DNA of 64,000 nucleotides. It comes from Coniocarpon cinnabarinum. Taxonomy: Eukaryota. Shown here in pieces: positions 24,211 to 36,100 of this stretch; position 1 is the first letter of the stretch; each line of letters starts with the position of its first letter. The stretch spans positions 1 to 64,000 of the forward strand of contig JAVECO010000050.1 of the NCBI GenBank assembly GCA_051942205.1. Reading direction: 5' to 3'. Both the position numbers and the translations under genes were made by a program. The notes under the pieces were generated by a model. The model saw only the letters and a program-made list of their open reading frames with translations. It made no database searches and had not been told where the DNA came from.

Positions 24211-25013
24211 CATTGAGCTGGGCGGGACGTGTTATACAAAGCTGCAGAGGGCCCACGCACGTGACCGTGCTACATGAAAAGTGCGAGCGAGGTGTCTGGC
24301 GTAATTCACGGAGTCATGGGTCGCTGAAGAGGCTCAGAGAGGACCATGAGTCCTCGCACGATCGTTGTAAATGAGTGATAGATACCCCCCGTTATGGGTA
24401 ACGAAGCCATTTTGTAGAATTTCCACTCTTCTCGGGTGTTAATTGTGAACATAGTTCAGGACGAGACGCGTGTCTTGTATAGGCTATCAATGCTGTGTTG
24501 CGAAAGCTATCGTTTCCTTAATGATGATGCACGAGAATCCGCACCGGTCTCGCAATAAAGCGCCGGGAGAAAGATTGGCATAACGCTTCTGACGCGGTGC
24601 AGCGATCGCTCATGCACGGCACCGGATCCGCGCAGGGACCAGGCTCTGAATCGCTTCTTACTCAAAGAGGGCAAGGATGATGGTAAGATCTGGGTACCTA
24701 TGTACCGTAGTGGTAAAGGATGGCTGGAATACGAGGGCACGCGGTGGGGAATAAAAGCGGCACACCAAAATGGGTGCAGCACTCTCTTCAAGTAACGCGA
24801 TTACAAATTTCAATACAATTGTAGTAGAAGTAGAGAGCATAAAGCTTACTTTATGTAATACTAGAAAATTAATTAATTGTATCTAAGCGTGAAAGAGAAA
24901 TATGACTGTATAGGGTAGCGATTTTTGGTGAGAGTGTCTTGAAGTGTGCCGCTTTTGTTCCCCACCGCGTGGAGGGGTACCTGCTTCGCCGAGGCTTCCA
25001 TGTACCTCGTAAC

Positions 25014-25543
25014 GTGCCGCGCGCGCTGTCGCAGGGGTACGTCAGCTTTTTGGGGTCCCCTAGTGTGTTAATGGAAGACGTCGTTTCATGCTTGGATGGG
25101 TTTTTGCGAAACGAGTGATATTAGATGCTGGGTTGTGTAGGCTGTGGGTTTCATCGCGCTATTTAGTGAGCAAGAGCTGGGAATCGATAATCGATAAGAG
25201 TCAAGGGACCTATCCACTACTACTTCCTAGCCCCAAGACGCTAGACTTGACTTTTGGAGCTTGTGCTCGCGATCACCTAGGGGGGAAGGGAGGGCGGGGG
25301 AGGAGAGCGGCAACACTAGACGTTCATGATGTGCCGCACGCAGTGTCGCAGGGGTGCGTCGGAGTTTTGACGCTCCCAAATTATTCGACAGAAGGCGGCG
25401 TTTTATGAAATGCCTGATATACTGTGAGTTTTATCGCGCTATTGCGGTAAACACGAGCCAGGAATCGACAATCGATAAGGGTCCAACCCACCGCTACCAT
25501 TAAGGCTTGCTAGTCTGACTTTTGAAGCTTGTGCTCACGATCA
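25014..25543. repeat. Diverged tandem duplication (copies ~25014-25275 and ~25331-25543)
   Basis: Shared ordered blocks TGTCGCAGGGGT, ATCGCGCTATT, GGAATCGA.AATCGATAAG and TGACTTTTG.AGCTTGTGCTC.CGATCA. Confidence 0.8.
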
Positions 25544-25875
25544 GCTGCTGCTCCTCTTTTCTCAATCCCTGCCACCCTCACACTCATCCTCTCACGCTCG
25601 CTCTGCACGGGTGCTGGTCATCATCCTCTCGTTCTTCGCCGCCTGTAACATAGGCCAAATCCCATTTCAGCTCTCCACCAGTGGATCGAGCGTTTTTCCA
25701 ACGCCCTCGCGCTCGTAAGCTCGCACTTGAATGTGCTCGAGCTCCCCCGACCGACTCCCTTCGCCCGCCCTTCTCGAATCCGCTTCGAGGTCGTGCAGAT
25801 CCTTCGCGCATGCATCGATCGTCCTTGCACTGCATCAGGCGGACGTAAAAGGGTCAAGCCGACCGTGCCGTCGTC

Positions 25876-27300
25876 ATGGCGCCTCCATCGTGCAGACGTC
25901 TTCCCGTCCTGGCCGCCTTCGCCTTGGCAGCGGCACGACTGGCCAGCGCACAATTTTCAGTGGATGATAATGCTAACTTTGGAGATGGCCCTTTTCCCAG
26001 TGGGAGTCCCCTCAGCGTCACCTCTTCAGATAGTAACGGATCCGGACTGGATGATTCGTCGACTAAATCGTCAGGCCTACGTCCGCGACCGACGCAATCG
26101 AGTGACGACGGCGCTGGCTTCGAAGACGCAGGCTCCAGTGTGACTTCTACTGAGACGACCAAGAATCTTATGGGCGGTCCCTTGACTCTGGTGCATACAT
26201 ACCCAGTCATACTAGGAACAGAAATCGTGCGGACTACGGATCTGCTTGGACAGTCGACGACGCTCTACATCCCGTTGGACACGACAGCTACGCCCACAGC
26301 GTCCTCTGGCAGCGCTGACCTCGGTCCTCAGTCCACTTACACCAGCACAGACGCCAGCGATCGTGCCCATACAATATTTGGACCAGCGAGCATCCTCCCC
26401 ACCGCAACATCGTCTCAACCTACCGGCGAACTCACATCAACAGCTTCGGGCTCAGACACAACCGCACCCCCCGACGCCGGTGCAGCCGTTTCTCCCTCGT
26501 CAACACTGACAGAAGCTTCGACCGACAACAGCAGCTCCAGGATGTCTCACGGTGCCATCGCCGCAGCGGTGGTCGTACCTATCGTTGTCGTCGTCGCACT
26601 GCTCGCTCTCGCCTTCTTCATCCTTCGTCGACGTCGCAGGAACCGCAATGCAGCTCGTAGCCACGAGTTGGCTGGTGACGAAAGCGGGCCTGGCATGCAA
26701 GAACGGCAGAGAGGCTTCGAGTCCACACCAGCTGGTGGTCATGGTGCTGCGGTGACGGGCGCTGGTGCCGCAGTTGCTGGTGGTGCTGCTGCTGTTGCGG
26801 CGAAGGAGCACAGACAATCACAAGGAGATGCGCGACCGGACTCAGACACCACTGCTCCACCCGCTATCGTCGGCTCACCTGAATCATGGCGAAATGAGAA
26901 CGAACAGCCGCTCGGCAGCAGCTACAGCTCGACAGGCAGCGACCCCTTCAAAGACCCATCCCTCGCCTCTCCAGACGCCTACAACACCAACACACCTCCC
27001 GTTCCCGCCGTCATTCCTGAGCACACATCACCGCCACCAGCTGAATCAATGACGCGCGGCTTTTCAACACCACCGGAAGCGCCGTCAAGTCCTCAACCGC
27101 AACATCTGGGTGTCCCGGACGATGGCGTCGTCTCGGAGGCTACCACACCTGTGGATGAAAGGACAGAGACAATGAGGACGTTGAGTCCGGCCAGTGAGTT
27201 GGACGATGCTGAAATCATGGAGGGTCAGGTGGCGACGGTGGGTACGGCGCAGCGGGCGAGTATGATTCAGATGAGGGGCAGGAGAAGTGGCAGCGGCTAG
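25876..27300 (+). CDS. Type I membrane Ser/Thr-rich cell-surface protein (Mid2-like sensor architecture)
   Basis: Signal peptide, S/T-rich ectodomain, single TM GAIAAAVVVPIVVVVALLALAFFIL followed by RRRRRNR, and a disordered cytoplasmic tail. Confidence 0.8.
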   Translation: MAPPSCRRLPVLAAFALAAARLASAQFSVDDNANFGDGPFPSGSPLSVTSSDSNGSGLDDSSTKSSGLRPRPTQSSDDGAGFEDAGSSVTSTETTKNLMGGPLTLVHTYPVILGTEIVRTTDLLGQSTTLYIPLDTTATPTASSGSADLGPQSTYTSTDASDRAHTIFGPASILPTATSSQPTGELTSTASGSDTTAPPDAGAAVSPSSTLTEASTDNSSSRMSHGAIAAAVVVPIVVVVALLALAFFILRRRRRNRNAARSHELAGDESGPGMQERQRGFESTPAGGHGAAVTGAGAAVAGGAAAVAAKEHRQSQGDARPDSDTTAPPAIVGSPESWRNENEQPLGSSYSSTGSDPFKDPSLASPDAYNTNTPPVPAVIPEHTSPPPAESMTRGFSTPPEAPSSPQPQHLGVPDDGVVSEATTPVDERTETMRTLSPASELDDAEIMEGQVATVGTAQRASMIQMRGRRSGSG

Positions 27301-28254
27301 GTGCGACTTGCCTGGATTGGTGATCCATTTCGAAGGTGCAAGAGGATGTGGGAGTCATGTAGGACATACAGAATGATTTGTACAGTGATCCACGGCCGCT
27401 GAATGTTGTACGATTTATCGGCGAGGCCATCACACATGGTATAAATATGAACAATCTAGGACAGTGATACCGCTGATCGTTTTATTTCCTCTCTTCCTTA
27501 CTCGCGTTCTCTCATTAGCTTGTTTGAGCCATTCCTATGTCTTGCAAACCTACTTCGAGAGTCTTCCTGCAGGACTGTCTTGTTTCTTTCTTATGGGAGC
27601 ACGCTCCACGTCTGTCTTGTTAGTGTCATGTCCGTCTCTCAGAAATGGGCTGGCGATCCGTCTTGTGGAATATCATTTGTCTCTTCAAAGTGTGACGGAT
27701 TCTTTGGAAAAAGGAAGGATATATAGCTCACGGACACCCCGTCACGTCTGTTTCACGCGAACTTTCTTCAAATCAGCACTGTACCTTTGAATCTCCACAA
27801 GGAATCTTGGAAGTACTTCAGAACTCGATGTGGCATGCTTTTTCTTCTTTTTCTTTGTCTTCGTGTTTGGTTTTTATGACTCGCGTTGCAGCGTTAATAG
27901 GAGTCTTGCATGAGATGCGAAGGGCTTGCCATGATGTTGTCGAAGTGCGAGGGTCTTCACGATGCGAATGGTATTGGCGACATGTCTGTCTATTTTTGAC
28001 ATCTATTTTCGACATCTAGGAATCGATTCGTGATACTGGTCATAGCAAATACTTGTGATAGCAGTGAGACCGACAAGGTATTCTTGTAGGGAGACTGACA
28101 GGGATCCTCGCAAGTCAATAACACACTTACACGTAAGACTGGCGTTGCGGTTCCTGCACATTAACATCTTGCGAGAGACTCAAGAGGAGCGCCTTGCGTG
28201 GACTACTACATGAACATAAGGATTGAGGAAGCGAATAATGGAAAGAAGGAAGGG

Positions 28255-29012
28255 AAAGTAAGTATAGCACAGTAAAGCATAGTAGAGCAAAGTAAAGCAA
28301 AGTACAGTATAGTGCGGTACAGTACAGTATAGTACAGTACAGTAAATTAAAGTAAAGTATAGTAAAGTAAAAAAAAAAGTATAGTAAAGTATAGGAAAGT
28401 ATAGTAAAGTATAGTAAAGTAAAGCAAAGTAAAGCAAAGTAAAGCAAAGTAAAGCAAAGTAAAGTAAAGTAAAGCAAAGTAAAGTAAAGTAAAGCAAAGT
28501 AAAGCAAAGTAAAGTAAAGTAAAGCAAAGTAAAGTAAAGTAAAGCAAAGTAAAGCAAAGTAAAGCAAAGTAAAGCAAAGTAAAGCAAAGTAAAGCAAAAT
28601 AAAGCAAAGTAAAGTAAAGTAAAGCAAAGTAAAGCAAAGTAAAGCAAAGCAAAGTAAAGTATAGTAGAGCAAAGTAAGTAAAGCAAAGCAAAGTATAGTA
28701 TAGTAGAGCAAAGCATAGTAGAGCAAAGTATAGTAGAGTAAAGTATAGTAGAGCAAAGCATAGTAGAGCAAAGCATAGTAGAGCAAAGCATAGTAGAGCA
28801 AAGCATAGTAGAGCAAAGTATAGTAGAGCAAAGCATAATAGAGCAAAGTAAAGTAAAGTAGAGTATAATAAAGTACAACCAAGTACAGTAAAGTATAATA
28901 AAGCATAGTAAAGAAAAGTATAGTAAAGCTAATTAAAGCACATTACAATACACTTTAGCATAGAAAAGACATAGAAAGAAGGGTAAAGTAAAGTAAGGTG
29001 AGGAGAGTAGAG
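28255..29012. repeat. Pentanucleotide satellite (consensus NAGYA) with 10-bp and 15-bp higher-order units
   Basis: Runs of AAAGT/AAAGC at ~28415-28660 and (AAGCATAGTAGAGCA)n at ~28705-28850, with degenerate flanks. Confidence 0.97.
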
Positions 29013-29438
29013 TAGAAGAAAAGGGAAGAGTCTATTCTACGAGCACACACGGCAAATGCCGTCCAGAGAACGACGACGAGATTCTTACCAAACGATTAAC
29101 ACAAAATGAGCAATCAGAGAAGCAGCCATCACACTACATGTGTACGTCTCAACCCAGACGTGATTCAGATCCTCTTAGTTTCTGTACTTGAGTAACACGA
29201 TTGTAGTATGACATTCAGCGAAGGGTATTTAAGACACGAAAGAGGATCAAAGAATCGGTGGGATTTCGAATGAAGGAGCAGTGTTATGGCATCTGTGCAT
29301 GTGATGTGTGGGTATCGTACGAGCATGAAATATCTTCGGTCGACTTTAAAAGATGAGTCGCCTTCTTATGGAACAAAGAGCAGAGCTGAGGTGCTTTCCA
29401 TGAATGCTACACTCACAGATCCACCACATCCCCAGCTA

Positions 29439-32400
29439 TCAACCCCCAGCCGGCCCCTTGGCCTCCTTCCCACCATCCGCCTTCCTCCTTTCCTTACTCT
29501 GAATTCCCTTATTCGGATTCCCCTTATTCCCCTTCTTCGAACCCTCCAACCTCTTCGCTTCCTTCCTCCTCCTCTCTTCTTCCTTTCGGATCTCCTCTTC
29601 CTCTCGCGCCCGCCGCTTCGCATCTTCCTTCTCCCTCTCGCTGAACTCCTCGATAGCCCTCAACATCGGCTGCACTTTGACCGCTTTATCGAAATTCCCG
29701 AGCTTAAGTCGCATGTAGTCAAAGGCGGGGACGACTTTGATGCCCGCTTCGGCCATGGCGCCTGTGATTCCTTGTGGATGGCTGAGAAGTGAATTGTATT
29801 GCGGTGAGAGATCTTGTGCGTTCTGGGGAGATGACCAGGGTTGGAATTTGAGTGATTGGGATGTTAGATCTGATTCTTGCGTCGATTCCGCGGGTACGTC
29901 CGGAGTATCTGTAGAAGGAATATCCGGCGCTTCTTCATTCTTAGAATTTCCTTTGACTTGACTATCGCTCTTGGCATTCGTCAGCGGCAGCACCGTCGAG
30001 TTCAACTCAAGCCCCATTTCCTTAAGCTTCCGCGTCCCACCTTGACCGCCCACACTACCAGACCCCATTCCACTCATCTTGGGGTATCTCTGCGAAAAAT
30101 GCGTCAGAATACACAACTTGGCACCCATTTCCTTGGCAACCGTCAGTGCTTCGCCAGCAGTGCTGTGTTTCTTCGCGAAAGCCTCAGAGCGCATGTCATC
30201 GTCGAAGGTGGCTTCGTGGATGAGGAGGTGGGAGTTGCGGCCGATGAAGGTGAAAGGACGAGAGGGGCGAGTGTCGCCGGAGTAGGAGAGTTTGAAGGAT
30301 TGAGGTGATGAATCTTGGGCTGCGGAGTTTGTGGTTTTAACGGGCGGCAGAGGGAAAGTACAGGAGATGGCTTGGGCGCCACGGCAGTGGGGGACGAGTA
30401 CTGTGGAGAGGTTTTTGAGACCTATGTAGGAAAGGTAGGTGGATGTCGGTGTGGTGTCAGAGTCGATGGACTCGGCAGAGGTGGCGAGCCGGAGCTTGGT
30501 GGGCGTCGCTTTGTGGGGATATGTCGCGTATCGTGTGGGCTCTGTAGCGAGTGGGAGTAGGCGTGAGAAGCCAAAGTCGTCGATCGCACTGAATTCGCGG
30601 AGCCAATGCAACATGGGAGCGTCTGAGACGACAGCCAGGCGGCGGTCCCCTTCCTTCAGATCTCTGGCATCATCAAGCAGTGTTCCAGGTGTTGACTTAT
30701 GCACAGCTTGATACCAGGCAGAGATGACCGACGTTGTACCCAAATGGTGATCAGCATGCATATGTGATATCGAGATCATACGCAGATCTCGCAAGAGAGC
30801 ATCAAGCTCAGGCTTGTTATACATGCGCCGTAAGGAGCCCAGAGTGCCTTCGCCACAGTCGAAGATGTACGAGCCAAGATTTGGGATGCGAACGAGTGTG
30901 CCAGAGACGTTGCGATGTGTTGAGGGATGAGAAGAGCCGGTCCCGAGTGTTGTGACCTCGATGTTGGACCATGGTGGCTCGGTATACCAGGTCCTCGATG
31001 TAGTTGACGAGGGCAGCTGGCTTGAAGGTTCTGAGATGATGAGATCAGATGCCTCTTTCAGCATCCTGTCGTGGTCCTCTTTGACTTGTAAGCTCAAGCT
31101 CTCACCGTCCATTGGTTTCTGCACATGCTCCTGATCCAGAGAGACTGCCGGCTCAAGATTCAAGACCAGATTCGGCCGGGCCTGGACGATATGGTCTGGA
31201 GTTGCAATGCCTGCCGTTGCCTTACTGCCGCGAAGATGATTCGAATCCACCCTTGGCCTTGGATACACTTCAGATTCTTGATAGTTGTGCCGCCAAGCTG
31301 ACCGGACTGCAGTCTCCAGCACCAAAGCATCTCCTCCAAGGTCAGGGAAAGATACAATATGCTTTACATTCGGCAAGCCGTCTTGAAATTTCTGGAGCTG
31401 CGAATTGAAAGACACGTCCGGTCCTAGAATCCATACAATCGCGCTGAGACCCTCCATGATCATGGAATCTTGCCATTCCGGGCGTGAAACGAGGTCGGGC
31501 ACATAATCTGCGGTCGGCAACTCGACCATCGCGAAACCGCTTCCTTGCTTTCCTGGCTCAAGAACCATTTCAGGAGTTATTTCTTGTCCGTCCTTATTTC
31601 GAACATTGTGGCCTTTGGTCAGTTGGCCCCAAACCGTTCTATCTTCCAGGCCGAGCTCCAAAGCTTTCTTAGGCATAAACTTGCCACGCTGGGGATGGTT
31701 CTTCACAACGTAGCACAGCGATTCTGGTGCAGGTTCAACGGGTAATAGTTTCTCAGTCAGAGCTCCTGGCCACGGCTGGCGGACGAGAACCTGTATATCA
31801 GGTACTTGCCGACCAGAGCCCGGGAGTGGGCCAGTATATTGAGCCAGTTGCCCAGTTTGAGCATCACGCACGAACACGGTGGCGGGCATCTGAACATCTT
31901 TGAGGGGCTTGGGAAATAGTCTGTCCATTCGCCAATCACTGTCAAACATCTGCTTTACGATGCGCTTGGATAGAGATTCTTCCCCGTCATCATCGCTCAA
32001 ACTCCCACTTGTCATCTCCTCATGAGATCGCTTTCTACTGCGAGGGCGTTGTGCAGATTCGACATCAGCTGCTGCAGAACTCGTGACGGATTTGATAGGC
32101 ATTGCCCAGACTTGCAGATGATTGTCCGTCCATGTGGGTGCGACATGAGCAAGATCTGTCGCAGGGGGCTCAGTGTTGCAAGCGTGTTCGGTAGCCTCAA
32201 TAGGCAGGCCAGTTCGAAAAATGAATCTTCGTGCTGTAGCAATGGCATAGTTGAGGTTCGGCGGACCATGCATTCGTAAGAACAGCGGTGACCCACCCTT
32301 TGGGTTTTCCTTCGAGTTCTGCGCTGGTACCTCATTTTGAACACCCGTCTCTCTCTTCTCTCGTTGGACGACCTTGGCTTCTTCTTGTTCGCTCTGAGCA

Positions 32401-32654
32401 TCCGCAGCCGCTTTCTTCATATCTGCCAAACCAAGCATCATTCCCAACATCCCTCCGATGTTGGACCATTTTGCTCTGCCCGTCAAAAAGATGTCGTCAA
32501 CCTTCCTCAGAGCCAGCCCGTATTGCAAGCATGCTCTCGAGGAGCCCTCCGCCAGATTACCGATGAGGTACCTTCTGTCATCGTAATGCAGCACTAGAAG
32601 CGTTCCAGGTGTATCTGAAGTTGGTGTAGCAACCACCTCAAGGTAGCACTTCAT
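29439..32654 (-). CDS. TRZ1: tRNase Z (long form, ELAC2-like)
   Basis: TPTSDTPG and RRYLIGNLAEG N-domain, RGKF exosite, LGTGSSHPS..RNVSG, FDCGEGT, ISHMHADHHLG, YSGDTRP, HEAT and LTHFSQRY. First in-frame ATG is at 32654, but the frame stays open further upstream. Confidence 0.96.
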   Translation of the reverse strand: MKCYLEVVATPTSDTPGTLLVLHYDDRRYLIGNLAEGSSRACLQYGLALRKVDDIFLTGRAKWSNIGGMLGMMLGLADMKKAAADAQSEQEEAKVVQREKRETGVQNEVPAQNSKENPKGGSPLFLRMHGPPNLNYAIATARRFIFRTGLPIEATEHACNTEPPATDLAHVAPTWTDNHLQVWAMPIKSVTSSAAADVESAQRPRSRKRSHEEMTSGSLSDDDGEESLSKRIVKQMFDSDWRMDRLFPKPLKDVQMPATVFVRDAQTGQLAQYTGPLPGSGRQVPDIQVLVRQPWPGALTEKLLPVEPAPESLCYVVKNHPQRGKFMPKKALELGLEDRTVWGQLTKGHNVRNKDGQEITPEMVLEPGKQGSGFAMVELPTADYVPDLVSRPEWQDSMIMEGLSAIVWILGPDVSFNSQLQKFQDGLPNVKHIVSFPDLGGDALVLETAVRSAWRHNYQESEVYPRPRVDSNHLRGSKATAGIATPDHIVQARPNLVLNLEPAVSLDQEHVQKPMDGESLSLQVKEDHDRMLKEASDLIISEPSSQLPSSTTSRTWYTEPPWSNIEVTTLGTGSSHPSTHRNVSGTLVRIPNLGSYIFDCGEGTLGSLRRMYNKPELDALLRDLRMISISHMHADHHLGTTSVISAWYQAVHKSTPGTLLDDARDLKEGDRRLAVVSDAPMLHWLREFSAIDDFGFSRLLPLATEPTRYATYPHKATPTKLRLATSAESIDSDTTPTSTYLSYIGLKNLSTVLVPHCRGAQAISCTFPLPPVKTTNSAAQDSSPQSFKLSYSGDTRPSRPFTFIGRNSHLLIHEATFDDDMRSEAFAKKHSTAGEALTVAKEMGAKLCILTHFSQRYPKMSGMGSGSVGGQGGTRKLKEMGLELNSTVLPLTNAKSDSQVKGNSKNEEAPDIPSTDTPDVPAESTQESDLTSQSLKFQPWSSPQNAQDLSPQYNSLLSHPQGITGAMAEAGIKVVPAFDYMRLKLGNFDKAVKVQPMLRAIEEFSEREKEDAKRRAREEEEIRKEEERRRKEAKRLEGSKKGNKGNPNKGIQSKERRKADGGKEAKGPAGG

Positions 32655-33147
32655 TCTCTGTTTAAAGCCCGCAAGTGCCTGCAAAGAGGCGGGAGGGGAT
32701 TTTCTGGAAAGACTGGCGTCATCTGCAGCTTGAAGCGCGGCCGATGTGTATCTGAGAGACGTAGAGCTCACTGTGCGCGCTGAGTGATTACTGAAGAGTC
32801 TGTAATATCTATGACCAGCGCTAGCGCTGTACCTATGACAGTACGACGAGCCGCACGGGAATGAACAGCTACGCCTCAAAAGGGCAATGGACTGCCGTGA
32901 AAGAGCGGAATGACTGCAGGGACAGAAAGCCACGCTGGGCGTGTGAAAATGCTATCGATCTGCCATTTGTCTGGGATCTTGGAGAGGCACAGACGCGAGT
33001 ATGCTGCTTAGGTCTGCGGTCCTGACTCATTAGCTTCTCATTAAACTCCGCGAAAGTGACACCCTGCCATCAAAGAAGCTCTTTGCGCAATAAAGGTCAT
33101 CTTCATGGCTCTTATCCTGCGTTGCTCCTGGATTAGCGCAACAGCTC

Positions 33148-36100
33148 ATGAGCAGCGCCTGGATCTGTGCAGCATGCCGTCGCACATTGAATCAGCAAAG
33201 GCGCCGGGCAAGAGCTGGACAAGTAGCCCATCGCAACGCATCGTATATCTCCTTGCACAGTCGCACCTCCCAAGACGCAGAGGATGCCAATGACACTTTC
33301 GAATATCGCCCTCTCAGACGAAGAAGGCGTCCGCCGGGCTATATCGATTGGCAGTTCGACAAGTCAGTCGAGAATGACTTCCTGCAGCGCATCTCTGAAA
33401 GCAGGGTTCACGTTGAGGGCCCTTATTCGAAAGATCGACGTGGTAGCTCACAACACAGCGAAGAACTTGAAAATCGGAGCGAGCCTTCAGGCGGGAGAAC
33501 AGCTAAAAGCAGCGACTCACAAGCTGCTTCGGCACGAGTGTACAGGCGAAATGGCACGGTCGTGCGCGCACATCCGTTGGGCCTAGATGAGCCCACGCGA
33601 CAAAAGAGGCCATGGTTTGGTATTCCTAGAAGCCACACGGCTCTTTCAGATCTAGGATACACGAATCTAGACAAGGACAGTCATAGATATCTCAATGCAT
33701 CCCTAAATATGCCTTCCTCGTCAGGAGATGTCATGGCTGATGGTCCTGAAAACTTTGGCTACGGGCTCGAGAAGCAGAAGAGTAAAGCATCGTCTGGATC
33801 TTTTTTCGATCAGTATTTCGAGCAAGCTCGTGGGCCTTCTACACCTAGCGCCGCGGAGTCTCCAGCCAAGCAAGCTCTGGAAAAGCTGCAAACGGCTCAT
33901 CAGCTGGCAATACCTCTTGAGAGGACAACGGCTACTTCTGAGTCTACGCCAACATCAAACCAACCCTCTGAGCTACCCAATTTCCCTGGTTCCGAGGAGC
34001 ATCGTAAAGACATGGATTACCCGGAAGGACTTGACATCCCTGGTCAGACCACTGCAGAGACAACTGAGTACAATCCGCAAAAAAGCCCTTCAGATGCTTC
34101 TGGATACCATGTTGAGACGTGGAAATCGCTCTTGCGTATGAACGCAGAGAACAAAGGGCAATCTAGTCGGACAGCCGTGTACCATCTTTGTCACACGGCA
34201 GTGCTTGCGTGGTGTGAATCACCAACAGACCAATCAGTCTTACCGAAGCCACAAGAGATGCTCAAGCAACTTCAACAGGGTCAGACAGTAGCAGAACAAG
34301 CCCGTCTTTCCACGGAAGTCTTGTGGAGTGTTCTTGAAAATGCACTTCGACACAGCTTTCGCACGCTCGGCGAGCAAGGAGAGCCAGACTATCATCCCCT
34401 TTTGATAGGTCTGTTAGAGTTGTGGTCGAGCATCTTCAAAGGCTTTGCGGAATGCTTCTCCCAGGATGCTCACGGAGTCGTCCATCAGGTCCGGAGAAGT
34501 AACGACTGGACAAGCTTCATTAAGTCAGAGCAGGTCCGGCGATTCGATTCGGAGACCTCGATATCATGCAAAGCTCGTCTTTTTGAATTCTTCCCTGCTG
34601 ATTTGCATGCCTCGCTGCCCGGCCTTGACACAGCTTTGCTCGCAACAAGAGTGCTTCTGCACCGATCGATGGAAACGATGGCTGGTACTGAGCGGACGCT
34701 TTCTGCGGACCTCAAAAATTTGACGCTTCTGTTGGAAAGGATCACTTTGGGTGCAACCGTTTCGGTGGCCGTATTCCAGAAACAGCTCACGGAGAAGTGC
34801 TGTGTGGGTGCTGACGCTGCGAAGATGGTGGAAGAAGTGACAGAAATCACGCAACGAGGACATGCGCCAAAGAGATTCAAGCAGAAATCAAATAACGATA
34901 GCCATCAGCAGATGGTTGAACTCATGAAGAAAAGAATCGGTCGTGCAATTGAAGGGGGTGATGTTGGCCGACTTGACCGCGCATGGCGAAAAATACAACG
35001 TGAGTACGGAGCAACGGAACCGGAAGCCGAGACGTGTGCGAGCATTTCTCCGCAGCTTTTTGCGCATCTCTTGACTGCGTACATGGCGCTCGGGAGGCCA
35101 AACAGAGCGGTTGATTTGTGGAACCTAATGACCAAGGCTGGCCTCACACCCTCAATCGAGCATTGGGACGCTATGCTGCGAGGATGTGGAATGGCTCGCA
35201 ATGCTGAGGCCGTGGATGTTCTCTGGAAGAATTTGCATAACGCCGGGATCATGCCAGACGCTCAGTTGTGGGCGACGAGAATACATTCGCTTGGTCAATC
35301 AGGACGTATCGAAGCTGCTTTGGAAGCGTTTCAAGCGATGGCTCGCGAGTGGCTAAAATCGGCCGCGCTCAAATCGAGCCAGGGAAAGCCAACTGACTCA
35401 CTCAAAACACGATCAACTAGGACCCCCAAGCCGAACACGCAGTGCTTGAACGCCCTAGTGGCCGTGCTTGCTCGTTCTAACAGATACGACCAACTCGCTC
35501 AAGTGTTGGCAATGCGCAAGAAGCTGGGTATCCCTGCGGACAGTTTCACATACAATCCGCTCCTCAGAGCCGCTCTTCGTGACGATGATTTGGAGCTGGC
35601 ATCGAAGATTGTGCGATTGATGCGCGCTTCTGGAGTCGATCCCGACGTGGCCACATTCACGATGATGCTGAACTCCGCATTTCAGCAAGATGCCACATTT
35701 GGAAATGAGACTGATGACGACACTCTAAAAAGAGATCCGGCAGATCCATTGCAAGTTGAGACGTTAGCTGGGAGTGGCTTAGTTGCCAGCTTGCCCGCGA
35801 TAACTGGAAAACAAGCTTCTTCTATAGCCATGGTCTTTCACTTAATGGCAAAGCAGTCACTCAAGCCGACAGCTCATACATTTACAACTCTTGTGACGGG
35901 ACTACTGCGGTCCCAGCCCCCCAATGTCAAGGCAGCTTATGGTGTATTGCGGTACATGAGCATCCACGATTTGCCTCTATCTCCACAGGTTTACACAGCT
36001 TTGATCTCACATCACTTTGAGCAGGATCCTCCGGAGACCAATCTAATCGACGCATTGTGGCAGGATGGCAACCATCGCCACAAGGTCGATCGGTCTCTGA

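Noticed and set aside
28127..28906. Long Leu/Tyr/Phe/Cys-rich ORFs on the minus strand
   Set aside because: They are translations of the pentamer satellite, open in several frames; not genes.
28255..29012. CRISPR-like array
   Set aside because: There are no unique spacers, the genome is eukaryotic, and no cas genes are present.
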